Assembly: GCA_963828165.1 (NCBI GenBank)
Contig: CAWHDR010000001.1
Location: forward strand, 672,001-736,000
DNA from: an uncultured Chloroflexia bacterium
GTDB taxonomy: Bacteria > Chloroflexota > Limnocylindria > Limnocylindrales > CSP1-4
Direction: 5' to 3'
Length of the DNA: 64,000 nucleotides
The notes beneath the pieces are model-generated. The model did no database searches. It was given only the letters and a program-made list of their open reading frames with translations, and was not told where the DNA came from. Positions 33,361 to 43,532 of this stretch are shown here, piece by piece. How positions within the stretch are numbered: position 1 is the first letter of the stretch; each line of letters begins with the position of its first letter. The position numbers and the translations under genes are program-made.

Positions 33361-34401
33361 GTGCCGATCGACCCGCGTTCGCGAATCCCGCTGGTCGTCT
33401 TGGCGTTGATCGCCGTGTCCGCCCTCGCGCTCGTGGCCCTGCCTCGGCTGCGTGGGCCGAGCACGCCGCCCCGGGGGTCCGCCATACCGACAGCGGCGGC
33501 CGAGGTATCGGCATCCCCAGACCCGACCGGGGCGCCCGCCTCTAGAGCTCCAGCGATCGCCTGGACCGTTCCGTTCCTGAGCCGACCGACGTCCTCCGCC
33601 ATCTCCCTCCGGAACTGCAAGGACGTCGTCATCGAGAACCGGACCTTCAAGGACCTCGGGCCGGACGTCGAGGCGATCCGTCTCGAGGACTGTCATGGGG
33701 TGACGATTCGGAACAACGACTTTGCCCGTGTGGCGCAGGCCATCACGGCGACGGACTCCACCGACATCCGCGTCGAGTGGAACCGCTACAGCGAGATCCT
33801 CGGACCGCACGAGCGTGTCGGCCTGAACCGCGCCAACTTCGTCCAGTTCGACCAGGTTCGCGGCGGGTACATCGGCAACAACAAGGGGCGTGGCGGCGAC
33901 ACCGAGGACATCGTCAGCCTGCACGACTCCGGAGGCTCCGCCGAGGAACCCTTGTACGTCGAGTACAACCACTTCGAGGGTGGGGACTGGTCGAGCAAAT
34001 CCGGTTCAGGGATCGCGCTGGGCGATGGCGGATCCTCACATTCGATCGCCCGCAACAACGTCCTGCTCAACCCGGGTCAGGTTGGGATCTTCATCGCCGG
34101 CGGGACGAACCACGCGATCATCGACAACGTGCTCTACGGCGAGCAGCGCCCGTCCTCCAATGTTGGGATCTACGTCTGGAACCAAGGCGATGGAGCGTGC
34201 TCCGGTCACGAGGTGCGTGGCAACAACGTCCATTGGCTGCGCGCCGACGGCGAGCTGAACAGCGGTTGGGATGCAGAGAATTGTGGCCCGATCGCGGGAT
34301 GGTCGACCAACGAGTTCCTGCCGGTCCTCGATCCGGCGCAGCTCACGGTCGACCTCGACGACCCCGCACCGACCGGGGCGTTCCCGGAGCTGGGTCGCTA
34401 G
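33361..34401 (+). CDS. Membrane-anchored right-handed beta-helix protein (paralog 2)
   Basis: N-terminal TM, short linker, same domain: [39 protein letters not shown]. Confidence 0.85.
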   Translation: MPIDPRSRIPLVVLALIAVSALALVALPRLRGPSTPPRGSAIPTAAAEVSASPDPTGAPASRAPAIAWTVPFLSRPTSSAISLRNCKDVVIENRTFKDLGPDVEAIRLEDCHGVTIRNNDFARVAQAITATDSTDIRVEWNRYSEILGPHERVGLNRANFVQFDQVRGGYIGNNKGRGGDTEDIVSLHDSGGSAEEPLYVEYNHFEGGDWSSKSGSGIALGDGGSSHSIARNNVLLNPGQVGIFIAGGTNHAIIDNVLYGEQRPSSNVGIYVWNQGDGACSGHEVRGNNVHWLRADGELNSGWDAENCGPIAGWSTNEFLPVLDPAQLTVDLDDPAPTGAFPELGR

Positions 34402-35078
34402 CCTCCTCGGGGGTCCAGGATCATCTTTCGCGCCGTGAACGCTTCGGCATAGCCGCTCGGCGCGTTCGATTCGATGCCGCGCAGACGGAGGACAGCACGG
34501 AAGGTCTCGTCGCTGTACCAGTGGCGATGGGCCTGGCTCGGGAATGCTCCGAGCAGGTGCTCGATCTTGCGCTCCGCGATCGAGCTCGCCAGCGGGACGT
34601 AGAGGTTGGGCTGGCCGAGGTCCCCTTCGAACTTCGGGATCTCGTACTCGAGCACGAGCGTGTTCCGAAACGTCTGCCATGCGAGTTCGGCGACGACCCG
34701 ATGATCCTGGTGCCGGTCCTCCAGCCTGGGTGCGATCACGAGGTCCGGCGAGACGCGCGTGCCGAGCTCGTCGAAGTGTTCCTTCAGCTCCGGCTGGTGC
34801 GGGAAATAGCGGTCCCGGAAGGTGCTCATCTCGACCTGCAGCTGGACGCTATCGCCGACGAGTCGCTCCGCGCTGGATCGGCCTTCCGCGGCTCGCTCCT
34901 CGTCAGCTGACAGGACGACCCAGAGGAGCTCGAGGCCCGGCCTGGCGGCGGCGAGCTCGAGGAGCAACCCGGCCGCGCCGATCTCGATGTCGTCGGCATG
35001 AGCAGCCAGGGCGAGGACACGGAGGTCGGGGCCCGAGGGGAGCGACAGCCCCGGGCGCCGACGTGAGGGATCGGTCAT
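34398..35078 (-). CDS. PIG-L/LmbE family deacetylase
   Basis: AHADDIE, DRHQDH, YEIPKFEGD, FPSQ, YAEAF; ATG 7 nt after TAGAAT. Confidence 0.9.
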   Translation of the reverse strand: MTDPSRRRPGLSLPSGPDLRVLALAAHADDIEIGAAGLLLELAAARPGLELLWVVLSADEERAAEGRSSAERLVGDSVQLQVEMSTFRDRYFPHQPELKEHFDELGTRVSPDLVIAPRLEDRHQDHRVVAELAWQTFRNTLVLEYEIPKFEGDLGQPNLYVPLASSIAERKIEHLLGAFPSQAHRHWYSDETFRAVLRLRGIESNAPSGYAEAFTARKMILDPRGG

Positions 35079-35224
35079 CCGATGCATTCTAGGGGCGCAT
35101 CGGGCGGACGACGTGGTGCCAGCAGGCCCCGGGTCGCATGCGCACCGATGTCCGTCGACGTCACGTGTATGGCACAATCCGCGCCGGACGCGATCAACCC
35201 CGGGGATGTCAGCCAGGAGCCTTG

Positions 35225-36346
35225 TTGAACCCGTCACTGCGTCGTCGGATCGGATCGACCGACATCCAGATCCCGATCCTTGGGCTCGGCACGGCGCCGA
35301 TCGGGGGACTCTATGGCCCGCCCGTCGCCGATGCCGATGCCATCGCGCTGATCCGCCGCGCCCACGAGCTCGGGATCCGTGCGTTCGACACGGCCCCGAA
35401 GTACGGCAGCGGGTTCGCCGAGTCGCGGCTGGGCGAGGTGCTGCCGGAGCTGCCTCGTGACGAGATCGTCGTCTCGACGAAGGTGGGGCAACCCCTCCGA
35501 CCGATCTCGTTCGCCGCGAAGACGAGGCGCGTGCTGTCGGAGTCGCTGCGCAGCGGCGACGTTCGTCGGATCACGGGTGACACCGTACGGGTCACCAGGC
35601 GCGTGGCGATGGGTCGACGCTCGGGCGTCCAGCTCGGCTTCCCGTTCGATCGCGGGGATGCCGCGATGGAGTCATCGATCGACTTCTCCTATGACGGCGT
35701 GATGCGGTCGGTCGACGACAGCCTCGCCCGTCTCCGACTCGATCGCGTGGACATCCTGTACATCCACGAGCCCGACGACCACTACGAGGCGGCGCTCGCC
35801 GGCGCCTTCAAGGCCCTCGACCGCCTCCGGAGCGACGGCTCGATCGGCGCGGTCGGGGTCGGGATGAACCAGACGAAGATGCTCGTGCGCTTCGCCCGCG
35901 AAGCCGAGGTCGACTGCTTCCTGGTCGGTGGGCGCTACACGCTGCTCGACCAGGACGCGCTCGGAGAGCTCTTTCCGGAGTGCCAGCGGCGCGGGATCAG
36001 CATCATCGCGGGCGGGGTCTACAACAGCGGCATCCTCGCCGACCCGAGACCCGGCGCGAAGTTCGACTATGGGCGCGCGCCAAAGCCGCTGATCGAGCGC
36101 GCTCAGCGTCTCCGCGAGGTGTGCGCGCGCCATGACGTTCCCCTCATGGCTGCCGCGATCCAGTTCCCGCTCGCCCATCCCGTCGTGGCGGCGGTCCTCA
36201 CCGGGGTCCGCACCGTCGGGGAGCTCGACCAGAACCTCGCGATGTTCGGGACTCAGATCCCCGACGCGCTCTGGGGGGACCTGCAGTCCGAAGGCCTGCT
36301 CGCGCCCGATGCTCCCCTCCCGTCGTCACCGCGCGCGGTCGCCTGA
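35225..36346 (+). CDS. Aldo/keto reductase (aldose/L-fucose dehydrogenase-like)
   Basis: LGLGTAPIGGLY, FDTAPKYG, STKVG, DFSYDGV, LYIHEPD, GRYTLL, GGVYNSGIL; RBS AGGAG + TTG. Confidence 0.9.
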   Translation: MNPSLRRRIGSTDIQIPILGLGTAPIGGLYGPPVADADAIALIRRAHELGIRAFDTAPKYGSGFAESRLGEVLPELPRDEIVVSTKVGQPLRPISFAAKTRRVLSESLRSGDVRRITGDTVRVTRRVAMGRRSGVQLGFPFDRGDAAMESSIDFSYDGVMRSVDDSLARLRLDRVDILYIHEPDDHYEAALAGAFKALDRLRSDGSIGAVGVGMNQTKMLVRFAREAEVDCFLVGGRYTLLDQDALGELFPECQRRGISIIAGGVYNSGILADPRPGAKFDYGRAPKPLIERAQRLREVCARHDVPLMAAAIQFPLAHPVVAAVLTGVRTVGELDQNLAMFGTQIPDALWGDLQSEGLLAPDAPLPSSPRAVA

Positions 36347-36383
36347 CGGCCGAAGCGGAAAAGGCCGGCCGTCGAACCCCCAA

Positions 36384-37199
36384 CTACGGAACCGGTATCT
36401 CTCCTGAGGGATCCTCGGTCGGCTTCTGCCAGACCGCCCAGGGCATCTCGCCCGAATTGACCAGATCCTCGAGTCGCTGCAGATCTCGGATCGTGTCCAT
36501 CGGTGCCCAGAACCCGTCGTAGCGATACCCGAGCACCTCGCCCCGCTGGATCAGCCGCGGCAGCACATCCGGGACGAGGTCCTCGCCAGGCCCGATCTCG
36601 TCCAGGACCTCGCGCCGAAACATGAAGTAGCCGCCGTTGAGCCACAGGCCGGCCTTGGCGACGTCCGTCACGTCGCGAACCTGGTGCTTCCCCTCGAACC
36701 GCACGAGATGGAACGTGTACGCGCTCGGTCGGACAGCGACGAACGCGGCCAACTTGCCACTTCGCTTGAACTTGCGGAGGAGGTCCGGCAGCGGCGCGTC
36801 CGTCAGGCAGTCGCCGTAGTTCGCCAGGAAGATGTCCTCGTCGCTCAGCAGTGACCCGACGGCCTTGAGCCGCTGGCCGACGGACGCAGTCAGGCCGGTG
36901 TCCATGAAGGTGATCCGCCAGTCATGGATATCGCTCTTGAGCAGCTCGATCGACTTGCCGCCGTCGGCCAGGACGAAGTCGTTCGAGATCGCCTCGCTAT
37001 ACCGAAGGAAGTAATCCTTGATCACGTCCGCGCGGTAGCCGAGGCAGAGGATGAAGTCCTTCATCCCGTAGTGAGCGTAGTACCGCATCACGTGCCACAG
37101 GATCGGCCGATAGCCCACGGAGATCATCGGCTTGGGCAGCGTCTCCGAATGCGAGCGAATGCGCAGCCCCTGACCGCCGCAGAACAGGACGACCTTCAC
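36384..37199 (-). CDS. rfbF: Glucose-1-phosphate cytidylyltransferase family
   Basis: VLFCGGQGLRI, PKPM, ILWHVMRYYAHYG, DTG, NYGD, NGGYF, GFWAPMDT. Confidence 0.88.
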   Translation of the reverse strand: MKVVLFCGGQGLRIRSHSETLPKPMISVGYRPILWHVMRYYAHYGMKDFILCLGYRADVIKDYFLRYSEAISNDFVLADGGKSIELLKSDIHDWRITFMDTGLTASVGQRLKAVGSLLSDEDIFLANYGDCLTDAPLPDLLRKFKRSGKLAAFVAVRPSAYTFHLVRFEGKHQVRDVTDVAKAGLWLNGGYFMFRREVLDEIGPGEDLVPDVLPRLIQRGEVLGYRYDGFWAPMDTIRDLQRLEDLVNSGEMPWAVWQKPTEDPSGEIPVP

Positions 37200-37343
37200 G
37201 AACGCAACCCCCTGAGCACTGCGGCTCCTGTGGTGGCTGCCGCCCGCCCGATGATACGGCCCGAAAGCGCGGCCGAGGGCTCGGCGGGGGCGTCCTGGCA
37301 ACGGAGATTCCGCTGGGGACCGCCGACGGCCTGGACACTCATC

Positions 37344-38381
37344 TCAGAAGTAGCGCTTTCGCGCCATGAAGAAGCCCTTGACGCGGATGATCACGATCGT
37401 CGGCGCCACGATCGCCGCCGCCGCGCGAACCAGCTGGCGGGGACTGACGAGCCAGCGGCGATCGAACGAGATCGCGCGCAGCAGGTCCCGGATCGCGCCG
37501 CCGCGGCCATGGCCGCCCGGCCGATAGCGCTGTTGCAGTGCTCGCCCCACCAGCTGGTCCGCGACCTGGGTCATCACGTACTTGCGTTCATCCTGGCTCA
37601 CCGGGCGCCGGTGCTCGTGGACGGCGAGCGCTGACACCAGGGCGGCCGCTACCGGTGGCAGCAGGCCCTTTCGGTGGAGGTTCGCTTTGGAGAGTCCCGT
37701 GGTGATCGAGTCGCCACGGACCGTGTAGTGCAGCAGGGGTTCTTCGACATAGCCCACCGGCCCGTAGGCTGCGACGCGCGTGGCCATCTCGAGATCGACC
37801 GTCAATCCCGTCTCCTCGCGGAAGAAGCCGCCCATCACGCGATAGACATCCGCCGAGATGGCGAGCGAGCCGATGTTCCATGGCGGAGCACCCGGGGCAG
37901 CGACCGACCGGAGGAACTCTGCTGGCTCGAGGATCCCGCCGCGCAGCGATTTCAAGCGCCAGGAACCGAAGTAGACCTGCTCGGCGGGCTGCCCCGCGTC
38001 GTCGAATCGAGCGCATCCGGTCAGCACCATGGCGAGCTCGCGACCCGCAGCTTGCGCCTCCTCGACCTGGTTCGCCATCCGTTCCAGGCAGGTGGGCAGG
38101 AGGCGGTCGTCGGCGGACAGGTATTGGAGCCATTCGAACTGGCACAGCCCGATCGTCCGGTTGGCGTTTCCCGCGAAGTCGATGTGCTCGTTCCAGCGGT
38201 GATACCGGATGCGCGGGTCGGCGTAGCGAGCGACGGCCTCCTCGATGCCATCGGTCGAGACGTTGTCGCCGATGACGAGCTCCCAGTCCTGGTGGGTCTG
38301 GGCAAGCAGGCTGTCGATGGCTCCGGGCAGCCAGCGGACGTCGTTCCAGACCGGGATGAACACCGAGAAACGGGTCGTCAT
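37344..38381 (-). CDS. Glycosyltransferase family 2
   Basis: SVFIPVWN, SLLAQT, DNVSTD, LSADD. Confidence 0.92.
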   Translation of the reverse strand: MTTRFSVFIPVWNDVRWLPGAIDSLLAQTHQDWELVIGDNVSTDGIEEAVARYADPRIRYHRWNEHIDFAGNANRTIGLCQFEWLQYLSADDRLLPTCLERMANQVEEAQAAGRELAMVLTGCARFDDAGQPAEQVYFGSWRLKSLRGGILEPAEFLRSVAAPGAPPWNIGSLAISADVYRVMGGFFREETGLTVDLEMATRVAAYGPVGYVEEPLLHYTVRGDSITTGLSKANLHRKGLLPPVAAALVSALAVHEHRRPVSQDERKYVMTQVADQLVGRALQQRYRPGGHGRGGAIRDLLRAISFDRRWLVSPRQLVRAAAAIVAPTIVIIRVKGFFMARKRYF

Positions 38382-39691
38382 GATGCTGCCGCCGACGAGG
38401 CAGCGGAACGAGCGCCGGCGTCTTCCTGTCGTCGGCGCATCGCGATCGCGTAGATCTGCGCCAGACGGGCATAGCTTGCCTCGGCCGTGTAGTTGCCGAG
38501 GTATGCGTGCCGCGCGGCCTTCCCGAGCCCGTCCATCTCCGTGGGATGGGCCTCGGCCCAGGCGAGGGTCGACGCCAGCGCCGACGCGTCACCGGGCTCG
38601 AAGGTGATCCCGGTCTCTCCGTCGCGGACCAGGGTGGCGGCCGCACCGCGGCGGGCCGCGATGACCGGCACGCCGGCGGCAAACGCCTCGAGGATCGTCA
38701 TCGGCATGCCCTCGTACCAGAGCGAGGGGAAGATGAGCGCCCGGCAGCGCTCGAGCTCTCGTCCGACGTCTTCGGGTGCGAGCCGACCCAGTGGCTCGAT
38801 CGAGGGATGCGACTCCGCCGTCGCGAGGAGCCGCCCGGTCTCCGGTCCGTCCCCGGCGACCCGCACGACGATGCCCGGCTCGAGGAGCGGCGCAGCGTCG
38901 ATGACGGTGCCGATCCCCTTCTCCGCCGAGAGACGGCCGACGAAGAGGAAGCCTTCGCGGGGACCCTCGTGCGCACCCGGGTCCGGGCTGATGAAGTTGT
39001 GCTTGACGTGGACCCGATCGGCGGGCAGTCCGCCCTCGGCCAGCTTGGCGGCGGCGAAATCCGTCAGGGCGATGAACGCATCGACATCGCGCCACCCTGG
39101 CCGCACGCGATGGGAGGCCACCAGCGCAGCGACCGGAAGGGTCGCGAGCCTCGACCCGCGGTAGCAGGCGTGCAGGACCGATGGCCACGGGACCGCCCGA
39201 CCGACGCAGTCCTCGCATGGCCGTCCGTCGCGGAAGAGCGTCGCTGCGGGGCACATCGTTCGATAGTTGTGGATCGTCTGCACGACGGCCGCTCCGGATC
39301 GGTGGGCCGCCCCGTAGATCGACGGCGACAGCAAGGGAAACGTGTTGTGGGCGTGGACGATGTCGACCGGGTGTTCCGCAAGCCGTTTCGCGACCAGCCG
39401 CGCCGCGCGTGACGACCAGACGGTCTCGACGGCGAGCCGGGCGCGCTGAGCGAGGCCTGAGTCGTCAGCGATCGAGTCGTTGTCGACGACCAGGGTCGTG
39501 ACGTCGTGGCCCATCCGGCGCAGGAGCGCCAGCTCCGCGTCGAACACCGCGTCCTCACCGGCGCGCTGCCGATAGCGCTCGTGGATCAGCAGGATGGATG
39601 GTCGTACCAGCTTGGCCCCCGTGGTCACCGCCGTCGTCGGGAGCGATGCGCGCGCGGGCCTGGTGGGTGAAACCTCGAATGCGACGGGCAT
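38378..39691 (-). CDS. Glycosyltransferase family 4
   Basis: HAHNTFPLLSPS, HNYR, FVGRLSAEKG, PSLWYEGMPMTILEA. Confidence 0.93.
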   Translation of the reverse strand: MPVAFEVSPTRPARASLPTTAVTTGAKLVRPSILLIHERYRQRAGEDAVFDAELALLRRMGHDVTTLVVDNDSIADDSGLAQRARLAVETVWSSRAARLVAKRLAEHPVDIVHAHNTFPLLSPSIYGAAHRSGAAVVQTIHNYRTMCPAATLFRDGRPCEDCVGRAVPWPSVLHACYRGSRLATLPVAALVASHRVRPGWRDVDAFIALTDFAAAKLAEGGLPADRVHVKHNFISPDPGAHEGPREGFLFVGRLSAEKGIGTVIDAAPLLEPGIVVRVAGDGPETGRLLATAESHPSIEPLGRLAPEDVGRELERCRALIFPSLWYEGMPMTILEAFAAGVPVIAARRGAAATLVRDGETGITFEPGDASALASTLAWAEAHPTEMDGLGKAARHAYLGNYTAEASYARLAQIYAIAMRRRQEDAGARSAASSAAAS

Positions 39692-39857
39692 GGACCGACG
39701 GACCCCCTCCAGGACGACAATGAGGCGGTATGGTACATCGCTGCCCGGCCAGCAGCCGCCACGGCGCCTTGCACCACGGACCGCTCAGCACGCCTTTCCG
39801 GCGCGCCGGCCGGCGGAATCCTCTGACCACCCACACCACTGACCCGATGAGGCCCGA

Positions 39858-40973
39858 GTGCGCATCCTTCATGTCGTGACACGCCTGGGCCTCGGTGGCG
39901 CGGAGCGCGTCGCGGAACTGCTCGCCGCTGCGAGCGCCTCCAGTGGCCACGAGGTGTCGCTCCTGCCCATCGTCGCCGCCCGCGATCACGCCTATCGCGA
40001 TGAGATGACCTCGCGCCTGGCCTCCCGGGGCGTCCACGTCGCCCGGAGCGCCGCCTCATCCACGGCGAAGATCGCGGTCGTCGAGGGCGCCGGTCGACTC
40101 GCCCGAACCGTGGCGTCGATGCGACCGGATGTCGTCCATCTGCACACCGAGATCCCGGAGTTCGCCTGGGCGCTTGCGAGCGTGCCGTCGCGGGGTGTCC
40201 GGACCGTGCCCGTCGTCCGGACCGTCCACAACACGGTGCTGTGGGGTGGGTGGGGGAGCATGGGTCGCTTCGCCGAGCGGCGACTCGCCGATGCCCGGGT
40301 GGCTGCCGTGAGTGTCGCCGCCCGCACGGCCTTCCTGGATTGGCGAGGGCGCGCGGGCCTACCCGTCGACGAGGCCGCCGTGATCTACAACGGCGTTGAC
40401 GCCAGCGGCCTGCCTGATGGCCCGGGTGAGCCTGGCCGGCCGCCGCTGCTCTGCTTCGCCGGGCGCTTCGAGCCACAGAAGGGCATCGACGTCCTCCTCG
40501 AGAGTGTCGCGCGACTGACCGGATCCGATCCTCCGTTCCGGGTGGCAATCTTCGGCGAGGGGTCACACGCGGCCAGCGTCGTAGCGGCTGCCGCCCGCTC
40601 GGATGGCCGCATGCTCGTCAGCCCGCCGGTGGCCGACTTGCGGGCGCGCCTCGGTTCGTTCGACGCGATCCTCATGCCGTCGCGGTTCGAGGGACTGCCG
40701 CTCCTGGCGGTCGAAGCGCTCTGTACGGGGATCCCCGTCTTGGCTACGAAGGCTCCCGGCCTGGACGAAGTGTTGCCCGACTGGTACCCGGGGCTCTGCC
40801 CACCCGGTGACACGACCGAATTCGCCTCGATGATGCGGGCGTTCTTGTCGGATCCCGAGGCATGGCGCGAGGACGCACGGCGCGCCCGCCCAGCAGCGCT
40901 CCAGCGCTTTTCGCTCAAGGCGATGGTGGCGGCCTATGAGCGGCTGTACACGGAGACCCTCGACGCCGCTTAG
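39858..40973 (+). CDS. Glycosyltransferase family 4
   Basis: LGGAER, IYNGVD, GRFEPQKG, PSRFEGLPLLAVEA. Confidence 0.92.
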   Translation: MRILHVVTRLGLGGAERVAELLAAASASSGHEVSLLPIVAARDHAYRDEMTSRLASRGVHVARSAASSTAKIAVVEGAGRLARTVASMRPDVVHLHTEIPEFAWALASVPSRGVRTVPVVRTVHNTVLWGGWGSMGRFAERRLADARVAAVSVAARTAFLDWRGRAGLPVDEAAVIYNGVDASGLPDGPGEPGRPPLLCFAGRFEPQKGIDVLLESVARLTGSDPPFRVAIFGEGSHAASVVAAAARSDGRMLVSPPVADLRARLGSFDAILMPSRFEGLPLLAVEALCTGIPVLATKAPGLDEVLPDWYPGLCPPGDTTEFASMMRAFLSDPEAWREDARRARPAALQRFSLKAMVAAYERLYTETLDAA

Positions 40974-41023
40974 GCCCACGACATCGTTCGCCGTTCGCGA
41001 ATTGGAATGCTCGACTGGCCAAG

Positions 41024-43282
41024 TTACGCGCGGCGGAGGCGCCGTCGGACGCTGCTGAGAAGGGAGGGGCCCCCGGCAGGGCGCTGCAGGACGAGGAATG
41101 TCCCAGCGTTGCGGAAGCCAAGGCTCTCGTACAGCGGTCTCGCCATCGGTGTCGACTCAAGGACGGCATGGCGAACACCTCGGGACCGTGCGTCGCGAAG
41201 CACCTCGACAGTGACCGCCCGCCCGAAGCCCATGCCCCGCGCTGCCGGCAAGGTTGCGATGCCATACAGGCCCACCGTCGACCCGATAACGACTGCTGTG
41301 GCCGTAGCGACTGGTTGGTCCATGTGCCTGGCTACGACCGTTCTGATTCCGGTGTCGGGATCCGCCAGCGATGCCAAGTGCGACGCGAGGATGCGAGCTT
41401 TGCGCGGGCGCGTGCCGAAACCGCGCATCGATAGCGCCTGTGCCTCCGCCATTTCACGCCTATCGGTGACATAGACCAGTTCTACTTGAGAAGTCGGTTT
41501 CATGATCGGCAACGAGCGAAGATCCAGCATCATCGCGGCGGTCGCCTCCGACGGGCTGGCATAGCCAGCTCGCAGCAACGCCTCGGTCAGGCCGCTCGGC
41601 GTTGAGCGCTCATCAAGCCACCAAGACGAGCTGACGCCGGCATGGTCAAAGAGCTCGATGATCGCTTCGATCCGATCAGCGGTTGGCCCCATTCTGGGCC
41701 GCATCACTCGATTGACGACCGCAAGGTCGACCGACGTCACGCCCCAGGCCAGATCCGGCTCCGAATGGACCGCATCAGTGCGAGCCGGAACCAGGGCGCG
41801 CGCGTACGCCAGATACGCTTCGACCAACGCATCGATCGGATCGATCTCGGGCGGAGGCTGGCGGAAGGTCCGGCCACTCGCCTCATAGGGCGGCAGTTCG
41901 CTTCCTCGAGAAGTGGGGAGACGGCCAGGCCGACGGGCCTGGCTTCGGAGTTCGCCGGCAATCAGTGCAGTAACGTCAGGGATGGTGCGCCCCTCCTCGA
42001 GCGCCGGATCGGGTCCCTGCTCGGAGCGATAGGCGCGGAGCCAGATCGTCGTCCAAATCACGTGCGATCCGAACGTCGCAACCATCGCCCCGGCGATCCC
42101 GAACACAATGGTCAGGATGATGCCGACGATCAGCGAGAACGGCACGGCTGCGGCGTAGCCGACGAAAATGGCGCGGGTCTGTCCCTGGACCCTGAGGCCG
42201 ACCGACAAGAGGTGGCTGTGAAAGCTGAAGAGGCGGATCACGGCTGCCGCTGCCACCACCCAGCCGAACGCGGCGTAGGCGTCACCGAACACCAACCCGA
42301 GGATGGGTCCTCCGAACACGGCGGCGACGAGGCAGTAGCCCCCGACGACGGGTATGGAGGCTCCGTACAGCCGTACGAGGTCACCTCGGGCGGCGTGGTC
42401 ACCGTGGCGCTGACGCGAACGGCTCAACTGGATGGGCACCGCCGTCCCGACGGCGAACCAGATGACGTTCAGCGGATTGAGGATCAGGTTCGCCGCCGAC
42501 AGCACGGCTACCGATTCCGGGCCTCTCGTTGCCGCGAGCAAGAACGGGTACGCGCTCGTGCACAGGAAGAAGCCCACTTCCGCTCCCAGCAGCCATCGCC
42601 CGTGTGCGACGTTCCGTCCGACCGCTCCGGGGAGCGGAGGGTGGAATAGGGTCGTCCGAAGCAGGATCAGTCCGACCAGGGCAGCCGCCGCCGCGGTGAG
42701 CCCCGCGGCCGCCAAGCCCGAAGCCACCGTGAACGACCCGGCAGCAGCCAGAGCAACGATGGCTGCGAGCTGACCACCGTAACTGACGACATCGAGGACG
42801 ACTACGGCGATGAGCCTGCCTTCGAAGTAGAGGACCCGGCGTAGGAACTCCTGGGCCTGCCAGGCGATCAACGCAAACCCGAGCGCCATGAGCGTCGGTC
42901 CAGCGCCGGTGACGATGGCGATGAGGCCCGCGATGACGAACGGGATGCCCAGCGCGAAGCACAAGGCCAACTGCATCAACCCGGTCGCGCTCGTATAACG
43001 CCGGTACGCATTCACGTCGGTGTGCGACGCAAGCACGCTGTGGGGCTGGGTGATCAGCGAGGACTGGAGTCCGTTCAGCGCCCACAGCGCGGTATAGGCC
43101 AGGGCGTAGGCTCCGAATTCCGCCGTCGAAAGCACACGGGCAGCGACGACCATCCCGAAGAAGTTCGATGCCGAGATGAGGGCCTGATCGAAGACGACCC
43201 ATCCCGCCGCCCGGACGAATCGAATGGCCGTCTCGACCGGGTCTCGGGAGCGGAGTGCAGGGAACCGCAGGTGTTGGCTCAG
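41024..43282 (-). CDS. Wzx-like polysaccharide flippase fused to a C-terminal GNAT acetyltransferase (start uncertain)
   Basis: DQALISASNF...AEFGAYAL and about 12 TMs, then in frame VGLYGIATLPAARGMGFG...LYESLGF; possible CTG start after AGGAG. Confidence 0.8.
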   Translation of the reverse strand: MSQHLRFPALRSRDPVETAIRFVRAAGWVVFDQALISASNFFGMVVAARVLSTAEFGAYALAYTALWALNGLQSSLITQPHSVLASHTDVNAYRRYTSATGLMQLALCFALGIPFVIAGLIAIVTGAGPTLMALGFALIAWQAQEFLRRVLYFEGRLIAVVVLDVVSYGGQLAAIVALAAAGSFTVASGLAAAGLTAAAAALVGLILLRTTLFHPPLPGAVGRNVAHGRWLLGAEVGFFLCTSAYPFLLAATRGPESVAVLSAANLILNPLNVIWFAVGTAVPIQLSRSRQRHGDHAARGDLVRLYGASIPVVGGYCLVAAVFGGPILGLVFGDAYAAFGWVVAAAAVIRLFSFHSHLLSVGLRVQGQTRAIFVGYAAAVPFSLIVGIILTIVFGIAGAMVATFGSHVIWTTIWLRAYRSEQGPDPALEEGRTIPDVTALIAGELRSQARRPGRLPTSRGSELPPYEASGRTFRQPPPEIDPIDALVEAYLAYARALVPARTDAVHSEPDLAWGVTSVDLAVVNRVMRPRMGPTADRIEAIIELFDHAGVSSSWWLDERSTPSGLTEALLRAGYASPSEATAAMMLDLRSLPIMKPTSQVELVYVTDRREMAEAQALSMRGFGTRPRKARILASHLASLADPDTGIRTVVARHMDQPVATATAVVIGSTVGLYGIATLPAARGMGFGRAVTVEVLRDARSRGVRHAVLESTPMARPLYESLGFRNAGTFLVLQRPAGGPSLLSSVRRRLRRA

Positions 43283-43532
43283 GGCGCGCGCTCCTGGATT
43301 CGCGAGGGGTGAGCGGATCGACCGCCGTACGCCCAGTGGCGCTCGCGGAGGGTACCAGCCGACGGCACGTGGCCCGCGAGCCACACGAATCGCCCAATGC
43401 CGACTGGGGATGGTCGTAGGTCATTCGACAGATCGCCGTGCAGTACGTTGGGACGACACCGACGGAAACCTCCATCCAGCCCAGCGAGTACCCGAGGTCA
43501 ACCGCTTGTCAGGTCATGAAGTCACGCGGGAC

